Assembly: GCA_045837725.1 (NCBI GenBank)
Contig: JBEWZL010000202.1
Location: 310,001-374,000, forward strand
Direction of reading: 5' to 3'
DNA length: 64,000 nt
DNA from: Vermamoeba vermiformis
Taxonomy: Eukaryota
The notes under the pieces: model-generated
Seen by the model: the letters and a program-made list of their open reading frames with translations, nothing else
The model's database searches: none
What the model was told of the DNA's origin: nothing
Shown: piece by piece, positions 43,896-54,270 of the stretch
How the letters are laid out: each line of letters starts with the position of its first letter
Numbering within the stretch: the first letter of the stretch is position 1
Program-made: the position numbers and the translations under genes

Positions 43896-45041
43896 ATGGG
43901 AGACGAAGAAGTAATGATTATGATGGACATTGGCTCCAGAAATATTAAAGCTGGATTTTGTGGCGATGATGCACCTAAGACCGTCTTTTCCAACATTATC
44001 AGCGAACCATTATCAAAGACTAGTATGCCAAATGTGGCGGGAAAAGATCGTTATGTCGGATCTGAAGCGCAAGAAAAACGTGGATTGTTAGCATTAAGAT
44101 ACCCGATCCAACGAGGCGAAGTTACAGATTGGGACGATCTCTCTGCAGTCTTACACCATGCGACATATAATGAACTGCGAGTTAGTAACCCATTTGGCTT
44201 TGTGTTTCCAGAGCCTGTTTTCAGCTCAAGAGTTTACCGAGAAAAGCTGGCCCAGATTTGCTTTGAAGAATTCGATGCACTTAATTTTTATGTCAGCCCC
44301 GTTGGTATATTGAGTATGATGGCATCTGGAAGAACATCCGGAATCGTATTGGATATTGGCGAAGGATTAACTCAAGTGTTTTCAATGATGGACGGATTCA
44401 TTCTTCGATCTGGATGTGCTCGAGTCAATAACGTGGCTGGAGCGGATCTCAACGAGTACTTGTTGAAGTTGATATCAGTATATGGCAACGAGCATAAGAT
44501 GATCAATGCTGAAAATCGCGATCTCGCACGGGAGATTAAAGAGAAAATGTGTTACGTAGCCGCGTCAAGTGATGAAGTCGCGCAACTCAACAAGCAAGCC
44601 TTGGAACAAAAAATGCACAAAAGCTATGATTTATCGGATGGGTCGTCGGTCTCACTAGTCAACGAGCAATGGCTATGTGCTGAAGCGTTATTCAATCCTA
44701 AAAAATACCTCGAAAGAGACGTGCCTGGCGTGCATCAACTGATCGTCAACGCGATTGAATCATGCGCTATTGACAACAGAAAATGGCTGTATCAAAATAT
44801 AATATTAGCTGGTGGCACAACACTCTTGCCTAACTTCTCAACACGACTTCAAAGCGAAATTGAAAAGTTAGCGCCGCATGCACCAGTCAAAGTTGTAGTT
44901 CCACCTGAACGATTTTTACTTCCGTGGATTGGCGGCTCTATTGTAGGATCAATGGGTCATAATCGGTATTTCATGACTAAGCGTAGTTACGATGAACATG
45001 GACCTTCTGCGGTACATCCGACGGTTTACGAAACAATTTAA
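43896..45041 (+). CDS. Divergent actin / actin-related protein, intronless
   Basis: DIGSRNIKAGFCGDDAP, YVGSEAQEKRG, YPIQRG, ASGRTSGIVLDIGEG, REIKEKMCYVA, NIILAGGTT and PPER...WIGGSI. Confidence 0.9.
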   Translation: MGDEEVMIMMDIGSRNIKAGFCGDDAPKTVFSNIISEPLSKTSMPNVAGKDRYVGSEAQEKRGLLALRYPIQRGEVTDWDDLSAVLHHATYNELRVSNPFGFVFPEPVFSSRVYREKLAQICFEEFDALNFYVSPVGILSMMASGRTSGIVLDIGEGLTQVFSMMDGFILRSGCARVNNVAGADLNEYLLKLISVYGNEHKMINAENRDLAREIKEKMCYVAASSDEVAQLNKQALEQKMHKSYDLSDGSSVSLVNEQWLCAEALFNPKKYLERDVPGVHQLIVNAIESCAIDNRKWLYQNIILAGGTTLLPNFSTRLQSEIEKLAPHAPVKVVVPPERFLLPWIGGSIVGSMGHNRYFMTKRSYDEHGPSAVHPTVYETI

Positions 45042-45138
45042 ATTGTATAATTAATTTCAAAATAAATCTGTATAATAGGTGATATTAATATTAATTTAAT
45101 TAGCTATTTACAAGATATTAAGAGAATTTTTAAAGCAC

Positions 45139-46204
45139 TTAACAAGAACAGTACGAGGCATCCGCTGTCGTCGTTTCTTCTTCCTCTTTAACGTGAATAG
45201 TAGGCTGATCGGTCTTAGTAGTACCTATCTTAGTCGGTCGTCTATCATTTTCAACTATTTTTGATAGCAGAGCTGTAAACGCATCCGCAATTCCGGCACC
45301 AGTTTTCGAACTGCACTCAGCAAATAACATATTATGCTTGGTTGCAAATTCTTTAGCCTCCTAATATGACATATAATTAGATTAATAGTTTGTGAGATTA
45401 ATTAAGCGTACTGTTTGGCTGATTGCTCGTTGATCTCGATCGGCTTTGTTGCCAATAATCATTTTAGTAATTGCGCCTGTTGCGTGCAGTTCCGCTTCTT
45501 CCATCCATATTTCTTTTATATTTTCAAATGATTGCCGCGTGCCGATATCGTAAACTGAACAAACAGGAGTCAATCCGGAAATTGAAAAATTGAAATTCGC
45601 TTGTGTAGCCAATTAAATATTTGCTTTTACGTTTTATTATTTAATTACGTAATTGCTTACCAAAAATTATTCCTGATGCGCCTCGATAATATGATGAAGT
45701 CAAACTGCGGAATTTTTCCTGTCCAGCTAAAGAAAAAACATTAGTACAGAGTATGGGAGGCTATATATCTGTATATTATAGGATTCGTACAACTGTAATA
45801 ATATGCACGAAGTAATTTATGTCAGACATTTACCTGTATCCCAAATTGTAATTTGCAATACGACTCCGTTGATCTGAATTGTTTCTATTTTGAAATCGAC
45901 ACCTAATAATATTATTACTAACGAGTAGCGCTATTTGCATAATTTTTCATCGTAATAGAAGCAAAATTAAAGCGAAAATAATTATCAAATAAATTCAAAA
46001 AATTTCTTTTTATTCAGCTTCGTTACCTATCGTCGGCTGCACATCACTAGAGAACCTTTTATCCGTATACTGTAATAATAAACTAGATTTACCGACGCCA
46101 CTATCGCCAACAAGCAACAACTAGACATCCGTCAGATTGGCAATTACGAAACGACACAATTTGCAACGTACCTTGTAGGCCAAGTCATATGTAGGTAATG
46201 CCAT
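45139..46204 (-). CDS. RAB18: Rab GTPase, Rab18/RabC-like (6 exons)
   Basis: [66 protein letters not shown] and a C-terminal CSC prenylation motif. Confidence 0.8.
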
Positions 46205-46365
46205 TGTTCTTTAGTTGTGGTAGTTAAAAATAATGTTTAGTGTTAAAAGCAAACAGAGAACAACAGCTGACGTCGCGAAAAATAACAAAAATTCACTGAA
46301 AATTATTCGAACGATAGTTGGAGCCTTTACTTTGCGACAGTCTATTATTCTAATTTTATGTCTAT

Positions 46366-46431
46366 TGCATGTGCAGTTCGGCAGCAAAGCCCGACAACTG
46401 CATGTGCAGTTCGGCAGCAAAGCCCGACAAC
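46366..46431. repeat. 33-bp perfect tandem duplication
   Basis: TGCATGTGCAGTTCGGCAGCAAAGCCCGACAAC occurs twice, followed by a partial TGCAG. Confidence 0.9.
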
Positions 46432-46516
46432 TGCAGCCGGTTGCAACATCGTGGATGTAATTTTTTTATATTCCGCAAGCTATGATACAAGTATTTACAA
46501 AAAAATAATACACTAT

Positions 46517-48322
46517 TTACACTGCCGAGGCTGCAGCATCGGCGACTGCATTGACAGTAGCATCGCCACTGCTATCCTGCGAGGTATTTGAAGTCTGAGG
46601 CGGATGCGCTTGGACCGATCTCTTGGTTCTGTTGGAACTGCCGCTGGAGCCACCCTGAGGCACGACAAACGCCAAAATATTCATAATAGAGGCGCAATTC
46701 ATGACCGTGTAGAGCAAGTACCAACCTATTAACAGACCCCACGGGAAGAAGATCACATCCACTGCAAACAACAGCGCGATGCAGCAATAAAGGAAGATGA
46801 AGCCGATGCTAACCATTATTCTGATAGTACTCTGTAATAGGACAGAAGTGAGTTAGAGCTGATCCGATGGATTTGTAACGGACTAGCCTTTCTGAGGTTC
46901 ATAGCTCTACGACCACTCTTCTTACTCTCCTTCAGTGTCTTAAGTACCTTCGTGCCAGTAATCACGTAGAAGATGACTAAGGCGATATTCACACTGGCCC
47001 AAATAGCAGCTGAAGGTGGATTCGATTAGTCAACATGTAATCGAGCATGTAAGCATGAGTCTCATTACTTACACATGACAAAATTGAGACTCGGTATGAC
47101 AGTGTAAGCACGCAAGAAGTTCCTAATGATCGATAAAGCAATCAAAGAGGATGAGATCACGAAGAACGGGATGCGCATCTTGACGATGAAAGGATGCACG
47201 ATAACTGAGCTCGTCGTCATCATCTCATGCCAATATAGGGTAAAGAGCATCATGGAAGAGATGACGAACGGGAAGGACTGTTCCGTGAAAGCGAATGCGA
47301 CTTGCTCCGGGTAAATCTGGTTTGCTCCGAAGAGATCGATGAGACCAACCAAGCGAACTATATTATAGGTATACTTAGTATATATTGCGGCAAATTGAGC
47401 GGAGAAATGGTGGTCCGGTCGTTAACTACTTACGCAGATTTGAAATAATTTCGAGAAAGAGAACGAAGAACGCCATTGAGACATTGATGCCTCCGTAGAA
47501 GTCCGCGAACAGCTTAATCTTCCAAATGGCCAGGGCGATATTAGTGGCATTAAAGGCCATTAACAAAACTAGATTTGGGTCAGTACAAACGGAACAATTT
47601 GTTCGGAGATAGTGGAGTAACTTACCCGTCCAAATATAGTATCCTACGGAAGGATAAACGGCGTCCCATGGATTACCGTCGTCTAAAGGCATAACGTTCA
47701 GTAAAATTCAATTCGGAACGCGAGATCGATCTCCGAGATAAATTTGCAATACTTACCTGGTAATAATGTAATGCTATCGACGTTGCCTTCTTCTAAGAGG
47801 TTCCATAACGTTACACCAGAAGTCTTGGTTGTCTCAAACAATGGTATTTCTATTTGAGCAATCGCATCCCAGTCGTTCCATCTGAACCTCATTAATCCAG
47901 GTACGTCTAGCGCAATGATAATTAGTCATGTTGCTAAATAGACCGATTACTTACTTAATACGGCACTTAAGACGATGACGGCGAGCGCGTTATTTCCCTG
48001 CAACTTCAAGATCTCTTTCTCGTTGAACGGCCCGTTCTTCATGACGAATATTTTGCCAGAAATATTATCCAGCTTATTGGTCGCTTCTAATGTAATCGGT
48101 TCTATGATAGGCTCATTTGTACTCCCTAAACAACATTATAAATCAATAAAACGTTATTTTTATTAGCGTTGCCTACTTACTTAAGTATATAATCTCCCTA
48201 GACGCCAATTGTATTGTTGTTCCGTTTTTTGTATGAACAATAATATCTGCTGTTGCAGAACCGAGGATCGCCAGCAGTACAAATAGCCACATCCATTTCA
48301 AAACTGTGCAATTGTTGTGCAT
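46517..48322 (-). CDS. Signal peptide + extracellular domain + 7TM-like membrane receptor
   Basis: Signal peptide MWLFVLLAILGSATA, extracellular exons, then hydrophobic helices (FFVLFLEIISNL, SFPFVISSMMLFTLYWHE, IIMVSIGFIFLY) and an S/T-rich tail. Confidence 0.7.
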
Positions 48323-49439
48323 GATGAGTCGTTGTAATGCAATCACTTAATATTTGTGGACGAAAAGACGAGCGCGACCAAAATTTTAAATAGCTAAGCA
48401 GGGAGGGAGATCCACACGTTACTTCCAGCTAAAAATGGAAAGGTTACTAAATTAAGCTAATATTTCAATTTAATATTCTTGAATTAGATGGATACTAACT
48501 CGCGACTTGTGACACTCCATAAAGTGCCAATAAATCTTCAGACTGTTGAAACGATCAGATCTTAGGCCTTTGCTAGCGCCTGTCTTAAACAAATAGGCTA
48601 TATCTGAATGTCCATATAGCGCTCCCCGAGAGCAGTTGCTTTCGAAGCAGCTCTTCAACGGATCTAGTTCTATTTTAAGAACGAGCGTAGCGAATAATTT
48701 TGCAGCTGCAACTATTTTTTGTATGAACAGATGAAGCTTCGTAAGGTTATACTTAGGTGTCTTTAACGTTGCTCTTTCGTTGGCGAAGGGGGGGGGGTAA
48801 TGGGCCTAAATCGGCCACCATTTGCCAAAATACCAAAGATTGAGGCTATTTTTATCTTTTCGTTAGCTGATGATTTGAGGGCTATTCTTAGTTCGTAACG
48901 GGCCAACTCGCCAAACGAAAAGAACCAGAGTTCAGAGATGTGAACCGTGCTTACCTGAAACCATCTTAGCCGAGATTCAGCATTCTTCCGACAAAGTAGA
49001 TGGCAAAATGATATTGGTGCAAAGGGGTTTGGTGGCTTTAATCGCGAGCTTCAGTTGCGAGATAATTTTCAACTTAGCTTAATTTACGGAGATAACGCAA
49101 ACCTGGATTAAAAGCGCATAAAATTAGAGTTAATAATTATATTACGAACATACGAGAAAATTGCAAAAAAGCAAGGATGTCAAAAAAAGTAAGGTAAAAT
49201 TTTTAATTCATCGCTTGCCAGTCATTAGTAAAATTTGAAAAAAATCGGAAGTAAATTAGGAGTATTATTTGTTGCGACTTACATAGTTGGAAAAAGTCTT
49301 CTTGGATGTCAATCCACGACACAAGACACACTTCAATTGCTAAATGTAGAAGATCTACCTATTCAAAAAGTTGATTTTATTGGTTGTTGCCATGTGTTAA
49401 TCAAGTTCTGACTTTTTGAAAAATGGCGCATGTTTACAT

Positions 49440-50646
49440 TTAATCGTACAACGGATTCTGAAGCTCAATACTAGCTCCGATCCACGAATCAATGTGAACG
49501 TGCAAAGGAATATGTTGAATGTTTGCTGCCATCTCTATTTGATAATACCCTTGACCAGGTGGTTCGATCATTTCGCATCTGATGTCTTCTTTCGCTTTGT
49601 AGTAATATGGCTGCAATGGTATAGCCTCGGGTGCTGCAAAATATCCGAGGAACTTTGATTCTGGGAACATTCCGCCTGATTTGTAATAGACTACCAACAA
49701 ACCAGGATTCAGATTCGAAAACGTAACGGCAAACGTTCCTCGCTGTTCAGTCGGCAGCCTTTGCATTATATACATCTCATCGATCTTGAAATATCTAAAC
49801 ATTATGGACTTAGTATTGAGCATGTTAAGGTAACGTTGAATTATGTCTTACGGTTTAGCCATTAAAGCAAGTGCATTTCGGAGTTGTGCGTAGGACTTGA
49901 ACACATTCAAAAACTTTTTTTCTTTCACCAAATCGACGTAGCCGTCGGCACCTACATGAAGTGAATTAGTGCCGGTCAAAGCGATCATTACTAAGCCCTT
50001 TGTTACGTACCAAACAGCAGCGTGTCAACGAGTTGGATTTCATCAGGATAGAATTGGATTCCCAATGCAGTCGTCAAATCGGCTAAATTACGATTGAATT
50101 GCAATGCGAGAGGTGACGTTGTAGCAGTAGACTTGATAGTCTCGTAAATGTGCATCACGTTCGATTTCAGATCGTCGTTGGTAATGATATTGTGGCAGAA
50201 CAATACTCCAGAGTACATTGGATTCATAATGTTGAACGTGAGGAATAATTTGAACGGTACTTTTGAAGGCGGTTTCAAGTACTTGATCTCCCACGGGTTT
50301 TGACCAATAGTGAACGGGACTGGATTCGTTTTGAAGACAGTCTGGTGATCCACAATATCACGTGACACGTTCCATAATAAGATGTTGCCAATGAATCCTG
50401 CAGTATTGAGCCGGATCTGTATCGCGATCTCTTTGACACTCGGATCCACGACAACACTGAATTGACCTTGACGCGAGTTTGCTACAATTAACTCTCCTAC
50501 AGGCGACTCTTCAAGTCTGATGGAAATATCCGATTAGTTAGCACGTGGCGATACCACTATTTAAAAGGCGGCAAAATGCCGAGTTTTTCGATTGATTCAT
50601 ACCTTGCATTTGTAAGCGGGATTCTTGTGCTTTGATAATGCTCCAT
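49440..50646 (-). CDS. Protein with a C-terminal degenerate SH2-like domain (STAT linker-SH2-like), 4 coding exons
   Basis: Splicing gives ...LMAKPYFKIDEMYIMQRLPTEQRGTFAVTFSNLNPGLLVVYYK, which parallels the SH2 pattern PWF...LL...GTFLxRFS...PG.FxxxY but lacks the key Arg. It is preceded by a helical segment. Confidence 0.55.
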
Positions 50647-50832
50647 AGTTCTACCCTATTAAACAGAGGTAAGTACGAACGTTTGTTTTAGAATTTAGAT
50701 CCGGCATGAATCAATTGAATATGGCTATTAAATACTCTTACTCACTTTTGCTTCTTAGCGGTGGTTAATGCATCTATTACATAGTTCAAATGATACGCCT
50801 ATTAATTTTTACATGCGCAACGCTTGCTGGAA

Positions 50833-50869
50833 TCACAGAGCAAAATTCAATCGATTCACAAAGTTACTC
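50833..50869 (-). promoter_or_regulatory. Shared upstream element, copy A
   Basis: On the + strand: TCACA (50833) - N18 - TCACAAAGTTACTC (50856). Confidence 0.55.
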
Positions 50870-50955
50870 TGTCGTAAAATCTCAGCCAGATCGAGCACTA
50901 AAGAATGTCAGAATTAGTACTTGGCGGCATATATAGATATTGACCTACGAAAGCT

Positions 50956-52432
50956 TTAATTTAGAGATCTGTCGATCACTGGACTGGTTTCTCTTCCGGA
51001 TATTCGGTCATATTGGTCGTGAGTGTTGCACCTCACAGCTAACGTCTTAATAAAGTTCACTAATTTCGTCTTTGCGTCTCCTCCCTTTGGCCGTTTGTCT
51101 TGCTCGCCTATCACCTTTAAACAAAACTTGGCCACAAATTTCTTCTTGTCGTCTGATTGCATGTTCGTAGCAATTTCCTCGATCTTTTCTTTGAATTCAT
51201 CCATATTTAGATCCATATTCCGTAGCAGTATTTGTCCACAAACAACGCCAAAGCTAAACAGATCGGTCGAGATCGAGTACTTTTTCTCTGTTACGACTTC
51301 GTGTGGCGTCCAAATGTTAGGATGAATTACTTTGTCGCTTGTATCATATGCGTATCCGTCTTCTTTATCGAGCAATTTCGCCAAACCAAAATCTCCGAGC
51401 TTCAAGATCGTTTTCGCATCTTGTTTTAGCAGTAGTATGTTTTGCGGCTTAATGTCGCAATGTAATACCAATGGTTTTTGGTTCGAGGTATCAAATAGAT
51501 ACGCAAGTGCGCTGCCTAGTTGCAAAATATAATCGTAAACTTCTGCATCTGATAGTGGACTGCTTGCATCTTTTAGTTTAGCTGCTAACGCTATAAAAAA
51601 TATGTCAAAAATCGAATATATCTTGTGCCTATCACTTACGGCAATCACATAGCTCAAGAGGCAATCCCGCGGATTTGCTTTCCGCATTTAGGTACGGCGA
51701 GCTTACAACTTTCAAAATATTGATGTGATTTAATTGAGTCAATATTCTTAATTCTTCTCTCGCATCTGCGCTGTTAGAAGTCATCTTAAGCGCCCACTTC
51801 TTCTGTCCATTTTGCTTCACAACTACAACCACGGAGCCTGAACCACGTCCAAGCACATCAGTCTCGTTAATATCATCGTAATCTTTCTGCAACAGAGTTT
51901 GTTGCTCTTCGGGCCTTTTAGCAAGCGAATCTGTCACGTTGCGCTTTTTGATGGTTGCGAAGATAATTAATCCAATTGCCAAAAAAGCTACAATTACACC
52001 GCCTAACACATAATATAGTATATTATTGTTTTCAGTAGGAGGAGCAGCTGACGGATTTCTCTTTGCTATTGGTGAAGCTGTTGGATTCGGGTTTTCTACC
52101 ACGGGGGCGTTGCATAAATCTTCTTTGCAACATAAAGGATTATTGTACGTTGGAGGAGTCAATTTTGTACAGAGAGAGGCCTGTAAAACAGTGTAGGCTG
52201 TTACGTAAGTCAAATTTTTGGGATTAATCTGCTTGCAAACGGGATCAATGTTGCCGGGCCAGCAAGGAAAGTCGTATCGTGCACAAACTTGGTCTCCTCC
52301 TGGAGGTACTTCTGCTTCCCGAACTCCAAAAGCTTGGCTGTCTCCGGTGTAACATTTCAAAGCCAAGCTGTATTGCGAAGCCAGTAGTAATAATAAATAG
52401 AATACTATCGGCACTTGCAATGCGGATTTCAT
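50956..52432 (-). CDS. Receptor-like protein kinase with LU/three-finger-like ectodomain, non-RD kinase (2 exons)
   Basis: Signal peptide; LKCY...CCKEDLCN ectodomain; TM ILYYVLGGVIVAFLAIGLIIFATI; kinase motifs GRGSGS, ALK, HCDIKPQN, DFG, WTPHE and DLFSFG. Intron 51591-51639. Confidence 0.85.
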
Positions 52433-52494
52433 TTAAAGTTGTGCTTTCTACCTTCTCGGGTGCAAAATACAAAATACTTTTTGACACCTCAGAA

Positions 52495-54205
52495 ATGACC
52501 ACAAGCCAAAAGATTTTGTTGCTAATTATTTTGGCACTGTCAATCGCTACAGTATGCAGTCAACGTTGTAAGAATAGGATCATTGTATTAAATCCTCTAT
52601 TGGAATCCTCTATTGCAATACTCAATTAATTCTTTTTTATCAGATGCCGCAATCTATTTTAGCTCGAAACTAGACTGCAGAAACAAGGCGGATAGATTTT
52701 TAATTGAAGCAACCGATGAAAATTGCAAAAATTTTGCCTGTAAGCTTAATGGCCCTCTTCAAAATGTTTCTTCATCCGAGCAATATATCAGCTGGGCTTG
52801 CAACGCGAGCCTCGCAGATTTTGACCAAATGCTGCTAGAACAGGGATCTGGAAGAAATATTTCAATTACATGGTACTACACTACTTACACGACTTGTGGC
52901 GACGGATGGACTTACCACATTGACGCTACTGCCGTGGATTCGTGCGAAGGCATTGAAGAATTTACGTGTAAAGATAACAAATCGACAAGGAAGTGCATAT
53001 ACGTTGATCCTAATAGCCCTAAGTCAGAAATTCCGTCAAGTCAACCAGATCAGATTCAAACACCTGAATCAGCCATTATACATGATGATAACCAATTGAC
53101 TACGTTTGAAAAAATTATGATTGGAATTTCAATTGGTGGATGGGCTACAGCAGTTTTATTTATTGCGTTGTTCATTCGGGGTCGGAATAATCGCAGTCGC
53201 GGGTATGACCCGTTAGAACAAGAAGAAGAAGCAAAACATAGCCAAAACGAACATACATTGATACTGGACGATCACAATAATATGAAACAGCCAGAAAACG
53301 TTGCAGCAAATGCAAAAATATTTAGAATTTCTGAAACCGAGGTCACAATCACCGCAAAGCGACTTGGCACGGGACAATGTTCCGAAGTATTTGAAGGAGT
53401 ATGGCGCCAAAGGCCGGTCGCAGTGAAAAAACCCAAAGCTATGGACTCGGCATTACTATCTGAATTGGCAATTCATCGCGAGATAGATCAGCATCCGAAT
53501 ATTGTAGAAATATATGGCTATTTTAAAAAAGATGGCCGCATTTATCTAGTAGTGGAGTTGTGCGACAGTCAAAGTAAGAAAACCGAATCTGGATCAGCAA
53601 ATTTTAACCTAAGTTCAGACTTGGAAAGCACAATACTGCGAGGAGATCTGTCGGCAGCGGAAAAATTCAGTGTTGTCGCGGGTATCGCAGAGGGCATGGC
53701 CCATCTCCATAGGAAGTCAATAGTCCACCGAGATCTGAAGCCAAACAACATTTTACTTACGAAGAAAGGCCTATTTATGGTCCCTAAAATAGCTGACTTT
53801 GACTACTCTCGCTTCCTCGCCTCGCAAACTAGTGCTCAAAGCTTTTCAACTCCTCAAATTAGTTACGCTGCACCAGAGGCTATCACGCAAGGAGAATTCA
53901 GCTTCCAATCAGATGTTTGGTCGTACGGTGCAACAATCTTCTTTTTGCTCACAAAACAACCTCCGTTTGGTCAGCCAACTGGCTTGCAGAAAAAACGAAT
54001 GCAGAAGCAAGCTAAAATTAACTTTGAATTGCTAGAAAAGCTCCCTAAAGATCCGTTCACTCAGCTGCTAGTCGAGATTGTTATGAAGTGCTTGAAAGAC
54101 GAGCCTAACGAGAGACCGAATTTTGATCAGATCTGCTCTCAGTACAAAAAGTTCTTTAATGACTTCTTGCCATGGAATAACAATCAAAATAATAATAACT
54201 TGTAA
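52495..54205 (+). CDS. Receptor-like (TKL-type) protein kinase with Cys-rich ectodomain (2 exons)
   Basis: Signal peptide MTTSQKILLLIILALSIATVCS; Cys-rich ectodomain; TM IMIGISIGGWATAVLFIALFI; kinase motifs GTGQCSEV, VAVK, HRDLKPNN, DFD, YAAPE and SDVWSYG. Confidence 0.9.
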
Positions 54206-54270
54206 AATATACTAATAAAGATCATTTTTAATTAAAACCGAGTTGTACATCTCTTGATCACCAAAAATTT

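Noticed and set aside
48788-48797. Poly-G run
   Set aside because: Isolated homopolymer with no associated structure.
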